NCBI GenBank assembly: GCA_000165425.1
Contig: CT868208.1
Location: 248,001 to 312,000 of the forward strand
Direction of reading: 5' to 3'
Length of the DNA: 64,000 nt
Origin: Paramecium tetraurelia
Taxonomy: Eukaryota
Positions 40,734 to 53,718 of this stretch are shown here, piece by piece (the stretch's first letter is position 1; each line of letters opens with the position of its first letter). A program made the position numbers and the translations under genes. The notes under the pieces are model-generated. The model worked only from the letters and a program-made list of their open reading frames with translations. It did not search any database and was not told where the DNA came from.

Positions 40734-43417
40734 ATGTAAAGGGTGAAAAGAGATGAACAAGCTAAAGAAGTTATAAATGTGCTCCTAGCCGAAGATGCTC
40801 CCATCTAAAGTCTTAATTGCAATTTATCTTATAGGGATTGCATTAATTGATTTATTACAATTATGCAATTATCAAGTAGTGGCATGCGAAACTGGTATTT
40901 AAGCAAGGGATGAACTTCTGAAAACGGAAAATGAATTTGATTTGATACTGTTGGATTTAGGTCTTCCCGAAATGACCGGTTTAGAACTTTTGCAAATTAT
41001 AAAAGCGTAAATTTTTTATATGAGAATCAAGTATTGACAAATTGAAAGACGTTCCAGTGATAATGATGAGTGGTGATGATGAGACAGAAACAGTGGCTGC
41101 TTGTTTAAATGCAGGAGCAGAAGATTATATGGTCAAACCTGTCAATTTTAAAAAACTTTAAGGGCTTTAAACATTCGTAAAAAAAAAGCCCAAGTAACGA
41201 AATGTATAAAAATTATCTAAACTTTTCTTAGAACAACTAAAACGAAAAAGGATATTATACAATAGTTAGAAATATAGGCAAAGGAGCCTCTGGTTCTGTT
41301 GAATTAGTAAGAAAAAGTACTGATTAAGAATTATATGCTATGAAGGTAAAATTTCAATTAATTTAGGTTATTCCAACCTTTTTCATGAATGAATAGGAAA
41401 GAAAAAATGCTGAAAATGAAGTGAGTTTGCTAAGAGTCCTAACTGCTCCAACAATCATTAAATATTATGAAAGTTTTACTGAAAATGAATCTTTAAATAT
41501 AATCATGGAATATGCTGAGGGAGGATCTCTTACAGAAAAAATATCTGAATATTCAAGATATGGAAGTTAAGTGCCCAAGGATCAAATATTAGCTTGGATG
41601 GCATAATTAGTAGTAGCAATTCATTTTATGCATTCTAAAAATATTCTTCATAGAGATATTAAAACTTAGAATATGTTTTTGAATAAAGGTTTAAATTTAA
41701 ATATATATTATTAGAATAAGTTATTAAATTGGGAGACTTTGGTATTTCAAAGGCATTAGGAACTCATGCCAATTTCGCATAAACCTTCCTAGGAACACCT
41801 TATTTTATGTCACCCGAGGTCATTAGAGGTGAACCATATGGGAAAAAATCTGACATATGGGCCTTAGGTTGCGCTTTGTATGAATTGGTTATGTTAAAAC
41901 GACCCTTTTAACATGATAATATTTAAATTATTTTCGAAATGATACAGAATAAACCTTACGATATGGATCCATCAGTTGACTTAGATCTTCAATAACTAAT
42001 AGAAAAAACACTATAGAAGGATCCCAATAATAGGCCTACTGTTGAAGATTTAGCAGCAATCCCCTGCATTGAAGAAAAAATCAATTAATTTTATAAGGAT
42101 CATCCAAATGAGAGTACTTAATTATCGATTTTTCCTAGCAAATTTAATCTCGGTCAAAAGATTGCAATTAGGCCCATAATTACAGCCAGAAACAACAGAA
42201 TAAGTTTAAGATGAAAATTATATTGCTATTTCTGCTGATATGATAGAGAAAATTTAATTAAGAAAAGTAGTATATGGATTCGTCAATTAAATGTATTCTA
42301 TCTTTTTAAGTTTAGTGAATATATAGGTGTTTTAGGTTAAGATATTTTAAATTATCTTTAAAAAGCTTGCAAAAATTAGTTAGAAATTTAATAAGTTAGT
42401 TAATAGTTATTAGAATCCTAACTTATCATACCCTTAGAATCCCAAAAGGATATAACACCTAATCAATATTATTCTTTCCCAATTTTCCTTTAATTTATAG
42501 CAGCAAATAATTATTAAAAATATACTGGAAGTTCTATCGATCTTATGGAAATCTCCGAAAAACTAATTAAAAAATTCAGAGAATTCCAAAAGAAATTTGT
42601 AGATAAGAATACCATAAAGGAAGAAATTTTAGAATAAGGGTTTAAGGAGTACTTTCAGTTAGTTCAAGAAACAACTTAATTACAAAAATCTACAATTATT
42701 GATTACTCTTAAGAAAAGCAATTAGCAGCTTATGTGAATTTATTTTAAATAATGAGATTTCATCAGTAAAATTTAATATTTATATGTTTAGATCATTAAA
42801 TTAATATTATGTTAATAAGCTCCAGTAAAAAGGAGTAATAGAAGAACCTAAATCAATCTTAAAAACCATTATAGGTTCTATTTTACCTCCGCATCCAAAA
42901 ATAGTAGATTTTGCTTATTCAATAAACAAATTAATTACTACTTTGCCTTAAATTAAACATGGAATATTGAGAAAAAATAAACCTGCTCCAAATTTTCATT
43001 CCTTACCAAATAATGATCCAAGAATCCTAACTGTAGATACTAGGGGAGTAATCTTTATTTTTACTGATGAATACTAAGATGCTAATGTTAGTTTAATTAC
43101 TGAACTGCAATTCTTAGATGAAAAATCAGTTTAATAGTTTATTCAAAATCATATTAAATAGTTTATACTGCGAAATGTCTGCCTTGACATTATTGAATAG
43201 GAAATTATAATACATCCTTTATGTTAAAGTATTAAGCCTAAACTAATTTTTAGCTTATCTAAGTGATTTTGGGTCTGAGAAATAGTTGTTTGAATGGTTA
43301 TTAGTAAGAATGGATGATGGGTACAATAAGGAAAAACTCTTACATTAGTATGATTAGTAGGATTTTTATATAAGATTCAAAAATCCTAACGAGTAGAAAA
43401 AGTAACCAAAAAATTGA
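40734..43417 (+). CDS. receiver domain - NEK/NIMA-related kinase - DEP - DUF547 protein, copy 2 (tandem paralog)
   Basis: Same architecture and the same nine intron positions as copy 1. [31 protein letters not shown]. Kinase: [26 protein letters not shown]. Also IKHGILRKN and NDPRI. TGA at 43415-43417. Confidence 0.88.
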
Positions 43418-43579
43418 ATAGTTTAAAATAAAAATAACATATTACACTACTCATTTTTTTAACTTACATTCCAAGCATTCTTTGTTATTATTTATCCAAA
43501 TTGACTCATTTTGAGTATTTGGTGAAGTTGGATATTTAAATTTAATTGCTATATACAAAAATTTATATGAATTAAATAA

Positions 43580-46500
43580 TCACAACTTTAAAAATGAAGC
43601 ATGAATAAAGTTATTTCTATATATCAAACTTAATCTTCGGCCAGCCTCTTAAGGATTCAATACCAATAATTATCTAATGTATGGAATCTTTAATTCTACC
43701 TAATTAACATCCAATTTTCTGGATATAGAACTAGTTTAACTAAAGATTCTAACTTGAAATACATCGTTATATAAATATATAGCTATGAAAAGCATTTTAT
43801 GCTTCATGAATGCTCCTTTATAAAGTAGTTAATATTTGATATATTTTAAATCATTAAATTTATTGACTTTCATACCTTCTTGATTACTAGGTATACATTA
43901 GTCAATCTAATAATGTAAATATAAAGAATGGCACTATTTATAGACTTGAACCTACTTGCCTCTTATATTTAAGGGAACATCTATAGTTTTGCAAGTCTCA
44001 TAAGAATGAATTCGCAGTCTTATAGGCTGCCATCTAAAAGATTGTTAAATTTCAAGGCATGGAATATAACACAAGAAATTACAAGTTCTATCATTGCAAT
44101 ATACTAATTCTGTTACAACAGTTTTGAAATTGTCCAATATAATTAAATTTTCATTTATGTTCATCTACTTAATTATTTCCATCCATAACTTTTTCTCAAA
44201 TACACTATTAGATTTAGATAATAACAATTTATCATATAGCCAGCATTATTTATTTATGTCATCCCCTTAAGATTCATCCATTGATTGATTAAGTTGTAAT
44301 GTTGATTATCTCTAAATAACACTTAAACCTGAGAAATTAGAAGTAACAGATCTCTTAAGAACCTTCTTTGATTCATTAATCTATTTAATATAAAGTTTTG
44401 TTCTATTTCTAAAAGTGTCAGGTGCCTTAATAATTAGGGAATAAATCTTATGAATTTCATTCAACTTCCAAGGTCTGAAGAATTAATCTATAACCTCAAA
44501 GGGTTATTCTGGAAATATTGAATCTAAAAAGTATTAGTTCATGATTAAAAAATCTGATCTGTGAATTGTAAAGTAAAATCTTCTACAAGTATTTTAGTTG
44601 TAGAGATATATTTAAAAATAGTTTTTGATCAAAGAGACTATTATTATAAAGTAGTGTTTATCAATTCTTCTCACCTATTTATATACTACTCTTGAATGGG
44701 ATTTTTATCCTATTACCAGATTATTGTCGTGATATTAATTTGATAATAGAAATTGCTTACGTATTTAATTTTGTGTGATAGGCATTAATTCTAATTTGGA
44801 ATAAGTCTAGGTGGCTTTTAGAACGAATTACTTACATAAAGTATAGATCAATTTAATAGGATCTTCTTAATTAATTTAATATATAAAGAGATGAGACTTG
44901 CTCTTGTTTCCAGTTGGCATTATTCTCATTAACATTATATTAGAATATATCTTTGCAGAGACAAAGACACAACCAATTGATTTAATTTTTGTTTAAATAA
45001 AATATTGTTTCGCTTAAGCAAACTTGTCTTGCATAAATAGAAATCTTGGATCCTTCGATTAAGAAGAACGATTCTCATTTTGATAGAGTTGGAACCCCAC
45101 TAGAGTTTTTTTTAGTTTCATTTTATAATTTAAAATGTGCTAACGCATACTTCTTTCAATTTGGAACAAATGAGCCCATTTTTCTGTTTATTCAGATTTA
45201 AGGAAAAAGGATATCTTTTTAGAGCTGTTATAATATACTAATAGATGTGCTTTTGCTTAAGCATTTCTAAAGTCTTGATGTATTTTCCTTTCATCTGATA
45301 AAATACTCAATTTAGCACCTATCGGTTTGTAAATGGATTAATTTTTTCGAATGAGAAATACTGAATTGAAATGAGGAAACAACGTAATATCCTTTGCATT
45401 AATCGTTTGTTCATTTGTTCTAGAGATATGTTTATTCATATCTTCATGAGACATAATTAGCCTATAGGGAAATTTGGGTTTCCTTGGTTGCTCACGGTCT
45501 TGCAACATAAACTTACCATTTTCATTTCTTAGGAGATAACATTTGGGCAAGTAATTTTGATAAAAAACATAACTATTATTATTTAAGACTCCAAGTATAA
45601 ACACAATATCAATAAGGGGTTGTCTTTTATATTCTTCTATTAATTCAACATCATCTGATATTTGGCTATTACTTACCTCTGATACTTCTTTGAGCCCTTC
45701 TTCAACAAATTCCAAGGATTGTATTATATGATATAGTCTCTTATTTACTCTATAGACTTTATTTAACTTTTTTTAATATGTGTTATCAGTCTCATTTTAT
45801 TTGATTTAAATTCTACAATTTGTAATTTATAACTTTTGTTATAATATATTTTACAATTCTATTAAATCAATCATGTATCCTGTCCTGCCAACAGAGAAAT
45901 TTAAAAAATTTTTCAATTATATGTCAAGCTCATCTTCCCAAAGATCTTTACCAAATACTTATTTTAATTGTAATTTATTGGACAGGGTTAGATAATAAAA
46001 TTACTTATCAATTTTAACTATTTATATTAAAATTAAGTAATCTTCTGTGTAAATCGGTTTATATTCCAACTAATCAAATTTATTTGTTGATAATTCTTGT
46101 CTAAAATGATAATGAGACTCAGTTAAAATCTTTTTGATAATTGGAGCTGGGGCAGGATAGTAATCAACAGGAGGAGTATTAAGTTTGAATTCTGGAAATA
46201 ATCTTTGCAAATAATCCTGTGTTTCTAAAGTAAATATATCTATTAATTAAGGAGGAGCCTCCTATGGACCTAAGTTTTTCCAGTTTGACTTGAGAGTATG
46301 TTTTAATAAAGGTTAAATGATAGGAGTTTCAGGCCCCAGAATTAATTATCGAGATTGTAATTCATTACCTATTATAATGCCAGTATCTTTCAAAGATACA
46401 TATGGGCTATCTCTTTAATTAAGTACCTGAGATTCACTATCTTAACTTGGAGACACTGCCTCTCTAATGGTTCTTTATTTTCTGTCTTAAGCAATAAACA

Positions 46501-49033
46501 AATGCTTATCTTTATTCCTTTTTCGATGTCTCTTTTTACTTAAAATTGGTTTTCTTTCTTGATTTAAAATTTCATAATCTTGATATTGAAAATATTAATT
46601 AATTCTTTCTAATTTTTTCTTATAAATAGAATTGTTATGTTATTGAATCGAAACCTGATGATTCTGTGAAACTGACTTAAATTTATAACCATTCATGGTC
46701 TTAATGTAACTTTTTCTTTTAATTAAAAAAAGGACTTTAGACAAGAGTTATTGATAATATTAAATATCTTCTTATTGTTATATTCTTCGTTTTTTGGTTT
46801 GATCATTGTTAACATTTTACCTTTTTTGATCTAGGACCGTTGTATTGCCCTTACTTACTCTATAGAGTGTTTACTCCTTCCTGTTCTCGATCCACTCACT
46901 CAATAAATCTTCTTGAGTCAGATATATAGTTAGTAATTAATCAAACAAATTCATCATGTCATCATAAGCTTTTATTTCTCTATAATGTTCAAAAAGTGTA
47001 TCTATAATAAACCTAAATTAAATCTTTCTTGTATGATTTGAAATTTCAATAGATCCAATCATTTGAAAGGCTGATTACCGTTTAAGATTAAAGAGATTAT
47101 TTTTTATCTGTTCCAAATTAATTTGATGATACTCCTCATTTTTTGATGATTTTTATAAAAATTATCCTCTAATTCTAGGATTTTCAAGAATCCATTTGGA
47201 TGTTTCAAAATCTGTGAATAATTTATCATAAAAATGAATGGGATACCATTCCATTGTATCTGCCGATTACAATAACTTATATATGATTTTATTGGCTTCA
47301 TTTTCAAGAAGTTTTTACTCCACAAGATCTTAAAAAGTATTGGATCTGCTCAAAAATTGTTATTATTTATTGTTTATCATAACTCTATTAGGTGAATGCT
47401 GATGTTTCCGTTCTAAGAACTCATTTTTTTGTTTTTTAGAAACTTGAACATAGGTTTTAAGCTTCCCTTTAATCTTCTCAACAGCCTCTAACAATATATC
47501 CATAGTATGAGTTTCCAAATATTTAGCAATAATTGAATCATGAGGAGAGTATGTTTTTATTGGTTCTTCACTTTCAGATGATACAATTTTGTTTTCCTCT
47601 TACTTAGTGATATCTTCATCATTATCGTTTGTTAGAGTACTTATTATTGGCTTTGTGAAGAGGGTAGTTGTTTAAATTTCAGGAGCTAAAATTTTCCTTT
47701 AGGAAATTCTCTCAATTTTTTAAGTACTAGGATAGCCAGGTAGTTTCTTGATATCTACTTTTGTCGTTATGTTATTTCTAGAAGGTTCTCTAATTTAGAG
47801 TCGAGATGGAATAGTTAGTTGAACTTAGTAAGTTGAGGTAGTTTAATTAGAAATTTCCTATTTTACAAATTCGACCCGCTTAAATTATTTGACTTCATAT
47901 TATGGCCGAGCAATTAGTAATTCATTAATGACATTGGGAATTTGAGTATCTTCTAGATTCTTTAGAGTGCTTTGGTCTAAAGAAAGTATTTTAGTATGAA
48001 ACCTCTCAGTATTTTTTTTGGATAAAATTGAGACACCCTAAGTAGGACTAGTTAGCTTAGAAGTGCATTAAGAACTTGTAGGTCTTTTCGATTGATTCTT
48101 AATAATGAATAAAGACTATATGGGAGCATCTTTACTTAGAAGAGTAGGTTTGCTAATAGATGAAGGTGTGGTTAGTTTATCTGCTTTATCTACTTTTTTA
48201 GTAAGCTTTGGAGCTCTAGCTGAGTCTACATCAATAATATAATTGTTATGTGCAGTTACTTTAGGTCGAAAAGATTAGAGAATTTCTTCACGAGCTGTTA
48301 TTTAAATTGGTTAGGGTTGCTCTTCCTCTTCCTCATCCAGGCTTTGGATTTCAATATTTACAGATATCTTATCATTTAATATTTCATACAATCGTTTATA
48401 TTCTTGAGTTCTCTTCTCATTCATCCCAAGTAATTCTTCAGATAGATGATAGCATTAAAAATATAATTATGCTGCTTCCCTGTCTTTATTCTAATTATGA
48501 TAAATTTTGGCTTAGAATGAGAGTGCTTGTAATAAAATTAATTAAAACTTTTCAGGGAACTGCTTATAGAGATAAAAAGTCAAACCAATTTCCTACATTA
48601 GGTTCAGCAACTTCTCATTCAAGAGCACAATATTTTAAATTTTGCTAAGTCGACCATTCTCTATGATATGATTCAAGATTTGGATTTATGTCATAATAAT
48701 GCTTCTTTGATTTGTTTTTTACAAGGGAAGCAATTGTATTAGTAGATTGTAGGCAGATTTATTCTTATGCCAAAATTCATGATACTCTGCATACAACATG
48801 TAAGTAGAATATTTTACATTTAGTAACTCCTCCATATCTAATTTAGAGGCCAATTAAATGGCTCTTTAAAAGTATTTTTCACCCTACTGATTCTGTAATA
48901 TTTATTATTGACCTGTTTGATTTAGAGCCTCTATTAGAGTCACACATGATTGAATTGTATTTGGAGCATTTTTGCCAAACTCAGTAAGAGCATCCAAATA
49001 AGAACGCTCAAGTTGAAGGAGTGACAATTTCAT
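43580..49033 (-). CDS. large hypothetical protein (~1800 aa) with N-terminal TPR-like helices, a low-complexity middle and an IQ-like motif
   Basis: ATG at 49033 (MKLSLLQLERSYLDALTEFG..GEKYFQRAIQLA), an S/T/P-rich region, and AVEKIKGKLKTYVQ at ~47450-47490. The supplied ORF 45338..45715 is part of it. Stop at 43580-43582. I did not verify continuity at every position. Confidence 0.6.
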
Positions 49034-50340
49034 AAATATTTTTATTATAAAATTCAATGTATATTTAATTGCCAATAATTTATCTCCCTTTCAAGTTTAC
49101 TACTGTTAAATTGCCTTTTAACTAAATGCAAAGTAATGAATTAGCAAGAATAATTAAACATGCATTTAAAGAGAAATTTATAGTAATTTCACTTAAAATT
49201 GATGTAATAATGCAAATACTAGCATTCAAAAAATTATAAATTATAAAGGCAATTTCATAAAAATCAAACAAAAATAGGATAATTCATTACTATTCTTTCT
49301 CTTTTATTAATTAATGTTCAATGTCTTAATAAAGTAATCTTGAAATTTCATTAGTTAGTTTTGCTTGGCTAATTCAGTATATTTTCCTTTCCACATATCA
49401 AGTTTCTATGTTTAATGATTTTATTATAAAAACTTCATTTTCTACATTCTGTGGAGTTTAACATTAATGAAATAAATTATTTCAGTTTTTTTATCAGAAT
49501 CGTTTACAGCAGAAAAATTATAAAGATAATATACAGTACTATTTTTATTATTACGTTTCAACTACATATTTAGGTATTTTTCCTTTATAAATACGAATAT
49601 GGTTAAAGCAATTGAATTTAAAATTGGCCTACTCCTATAATTTGAATTATTCTACTAATTTAGAATAATTTTTTTATAAATTTTGAATGCAATTTGAATG
49701 CTTCTAAATCATATAAATGTTTTTATTAAATAACTCTTAATGGAAAGAAAATCTTTATTGATTTTAAATTTAATATTTAGATTAGAAAAAGGAAAAAGGA
49801 AGAACAATAATAAATCTCTTAGTATTTAGTCTATTTATTAATATTCACTATTTTTAATATTCTAATATATTTTTATTTTATTTATTTAATTTTTTTAGAT
49901 TTAGAATTGCTAATAATTTTATCTAGAATAATTATTGTGCAGCAGATATTTATTTTTAAATTATTATAAATTTGAGTTGTTATCTTTTTAAATGTATATT
50001 TATGATGTCGAATTGCAAATTATAATTGATCACAATATATTTTTTTACTGAAGATAACTATTTGGAAGTATACAATTTTCAATTTATTTCCCTAACGCAT
50101 TTATGTTAAGCCATTAAAAAATTAAATCTCATTAAGAAACCTTTATTTCCATAATTTTCTATAACATTTAGATGATTAATTAATTGAATTCATATTATTC
50201 TATGGAAACAAATGATATGTAATTTATCATTGAAACTATAACGGTCCAACCCGAAAGAAACCTATAATTATATCTCACAACTATAACTATTACGTGGAAT
50301 GTGTGAGTTAAACATTATTAATTTAGTAATATAAAAATTA

Positions 50341-51735
50341 TCAATTCTCCACAAATGATAAACTTAATTTCTCGTATCCTTTTCCAATTATATCCTACTC
50401 ATCTAAATCTTGTTTATTATACACATCTTTTGACTCTATCATCTCCTTCTCTTTTATTGTCGATAGAAATGGTAACAATATCAAAATATATACACTGGTC
50501 ATTGTTATCATTATCCACAAATTCTCAAACGAGGCTTCATTTATATCTATTGAAAATAACAAATATCATACTCATAAAATACATCAATATTCCTCCAATC
50601 TGTCTGGCCACTAATTAACCTAAATTGATTGTGGACATCAATAATGCATACATTGTACCTTCTATTTTGGATGGACAAATCTTGCATGCCAGAACCAAAA
50701 TAGGAAGCATGTTCAGTTCGGCTACCAATTGCATTAGTAAAGTATCACATAATGAAAATGCTTCGTCTTTTATGCCTAATTCAACATTCCTCCTGGTCAC
50801 TTACAAGATCTATAAAGCATTAACAACACTATAAGTTAATGTTGTTACAAAGAACACAGACTTGAATGAATAGTTTTTTAAATATCTATTAAATATACTC
50901 ACAGCTGTGATGTTAGCCAAAGCAAATAGGAATTTGATCTTACCCAAAAATTCAGCTGTGTAATGCAAATAGACTGTTTAAAAATAAAACATTGCTGTTG
51001 AAGTTGATGGTTACAACATAAAACAAAAAATAAACACTATTGGTTTGTATATGGCTTTGATATTCAAGAATCGATGTAATTCTTGTAATTACTTCTTAAT
51101 ATCCATATCTTTATGCTGACCCTCATTCAAAAACAGAGAGGCTCCAGCAATAATCAAAGGAAATATTGAAGTTATTCTGAAAACTAAAATAGCTGTTGGA
51201 CATACTTTATTATTTCTGCAAATACTTCAAAGAGTAACCACTAAGATAGCTTGTCATGAGAGTTCCAAAGGCTTTAAAACCAAAAAATAGACTGACATTG
51301 TTGGTTGAACTATCGTTGCCGGTTGAGATCTCAACCAATAGAGCCTCTTCATTGTTAAATAGCAATACCTGCAACAACATTACAAAATGCTATACAAATT
51401 TGAATGCTCAACAGAATAGAGACACCTGCAAAGGCATCCTTCGTACCATATATGGAGAGAGCATAAAAGAGCACAAACCCCATGAGACCAAATATAAAGA
51501 GGTAGCTCTTTCGTCTGTAACCGCAAATTGGAAGCAAATCTGTGCAGAGACCCCATATCGGTTTGATTACCCAAGGTATGCTGATGATGCCTTGTATGTA
51601 TGTCATTTCAGTGGGGTTCATTCCATAATCTTCTTTGAGCAAGTACGAAATGGCCAACTCTGAAAGGTTAATCACTCCTTGAGAGAATGCCACCAAGCAG
51701 ATGACAGCATACGTGGAGTGCGATTACTTTATCAT
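50341..51735 (-). CDS. folate/biopterin transporter (BT1 family, MFS)
   Basis: VAFSQG..ISIPWVIKPIWGLCTDLLPICGYRRKSY and LVLACKICPSKIEGTMYALLMSTINLG. Short introns. Stop at 50341-50343. Confidence 0.92.
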
Positions 51736-51780
51736 ATATTTTAAATATTATATATGCTTATTTTAATAATAAAACGAATT

Positions 51781-53069
51781 TCAATCATAAACTTATTAGA
51801 TTTCGCATTCTCTAAGTTACTTCACATTCTTCAATTTCAGCAGGACTGGGAAGCAGAGGATATTTGCCATAATTTGAAAGTATCTAAGCCAGCAATTTTC
51901 ATTTGCTTTGATCTGTTCCATGGTTAAATGACTAATTTATTGTGCTCCACACAAGGACACAAAGGTTAAATTTAATGCATATGTGATACCTTTATAAGGC
52001 AGTTGCTGTGTGATGAGTAGATTAAGGCCGATGAAGTAAGTGATGTAGCTGAGCAACATTGAAAAGCTAATGAATATTTCTTCATCTTTAAATAGTTTGA
52101 CTCTAGATTTCATTACTTGTAGGATGCTAAGTGTTAACAACATAAGATTGAAAAAAATCATAACATTTCTTACGACTTGGATTAAATTAAAATTATACTA
52201 AATTTTCTATATAAGATTTGGCTTAGAACAGCAATAGTAAGAATGGCAGGAATAAAGTAGCGTAATGGATGCTCAAAGATTACTTAAGGTTATGGGAAAT
52301 AATTATGATTGTTGAATTGGAACCATGATAAAAGTGCCAAAATTGAACATCCAAAAAATCGTTTACGATATTGCTTACTAAATAAAGCACTCGTTCTTCT
52401 ATTCAATTGACTGTATGTTTCGTTGTTAGATATGTAAAAGTATTCAATCTCTTTGATATTACCTGAAAATTAATTCTTAATTATCACTCTTCCTTGAAGT
52501 TCCTTGAACTTTCTGTAATAGTACTCCAAAGTCTGTTTGCCATAAATTGTAAGGAACGAGAGCAATCTAATTGAATTAGTCAATATTACAAGACTACTGA
52601 TCACTATTTGTTCATCCTCCAAATTCTAATTCCTAATATAACTTACTCTTAACAAAGTCCCGAAAAAAAAACAGATTAATGGATTATTGTTAAGATACAC
52701 AGATCTTTCTTCTTCCCATCCCACTTATTCTCTGATGAATCTGATCGTTAACAACCAATCACAGCCTACGATAATTCCAATTATGCAAGTAAAGATCTTA
52801 TAGATTAATTACGATGAGTAATCTTCAGTAGACAATCCAATAAATCCCACGGCCAACATCAACGTATTTATTCCCATCAGTTTGAATCGAGTAACTTAGA
52901 CCATCAATGGAGAAAACAACCAACTACAGGCCAATCCAATGTAAGACCACTCATAGTCCAATAAAGGAAAGTCCAAATATTGCATGCACACATAACCAGT
53001 AACTATCTATGGGATACTTAAAACTACGCTTTGAGCATACAACCTCCAAAATGATTTATACTTGAACAT
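51781..53069 (-). CDS. divergent multi-pass membrane protein, MFS-like
   Basis: Starts MFKYKSFWS with a 20-nt intron. Many hydrophobic segments fall in two halves separated by a hydrophilic loop. Includes the supplied ORF 51937..52161. Stop at 51781-51783. Confidence 0.6.
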
Positions 53070-53082
53070 TATTTTATAATAA

Positions 53083-53550
53083 TCATTTGTTGTTTTTATT
53101 TATCCCCAAAATTTCTTCATATTCTTCCTATGACACTATGTGGGCATTCTTGGGAAAGTAGAACAGTTGAGGTTCTCTATCAATCAGTCTTTCTGCTTCC
53201 TCTCTTATCCTCTGCAATTTGTCTCTTCAATAATTTAATTGCTTACCCATAATACATATCATATTGATAGCCGCACACAAACCCCAAAGGAACCAAAGGA
53301 ATTATGGGCAATGGACTCTAATTTAAATTATCATCTGTCTTACCTTCTTTTTCAATGCCCCCATTATGCAGAATGGAAATATAAGAGCATAAAAGGAAGC
53401 ATACCAATGGAAAAATTCTTTGCCTGAAGCGAATTACATAGCCATTTAAGTTTATCTTTATTTTAACATCATGTCCAACTATTTCTTTTGCATTTCCTTC
53501 TACATTTCCTTTTAATTCTCCTTCATTCCTTTTGCAATAGATGATCCCAT
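53083..53550 (-). CDS. PLGRKT: plasminogen receptor KT (PLGRKT/C9orf46) homolog
   Basis: MGSSIAKGMKENQKEM..RQTQMAMQFASGKEFFHWY..GALKKKSPLPIIPLVPLGFVCGYQYDMYYG..LQRIREEAERLI. This matches the recalled PLGRKT motifs RERQMAMQIAWSRE and PIVPLSFILTYQYDLGYG. Two introns. Confidence 0.85.
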
Positions 53551-53718
53551 GTTGTGAAATTTATAATATTAATTTTTATTGGATTTCTTTTTATTCTTAC
53601 TTTTTCGATTATCTAGTTTTGGTTCCTTTGCTGATGAAATGGTTAAAGATTTGGATTACCTAAGTGATTTGGCAAAATGGTTATATATAAATAGTTTTTG
53701 AAATAAATTTATTTAATA

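Noticed and set aside
50234..50247. AACTATAACGGTCC matching part of the LSU rRNA I-CeuI site
   Set aside because: Only 14 nt match, the flanks do not continue the rRNA sequence, and there is no rDNA context.
51256..51663. 135-aa plus-strand ORF
   Set aside because: Antisense shadow of the BT1 transporter with no recognisable motifs.
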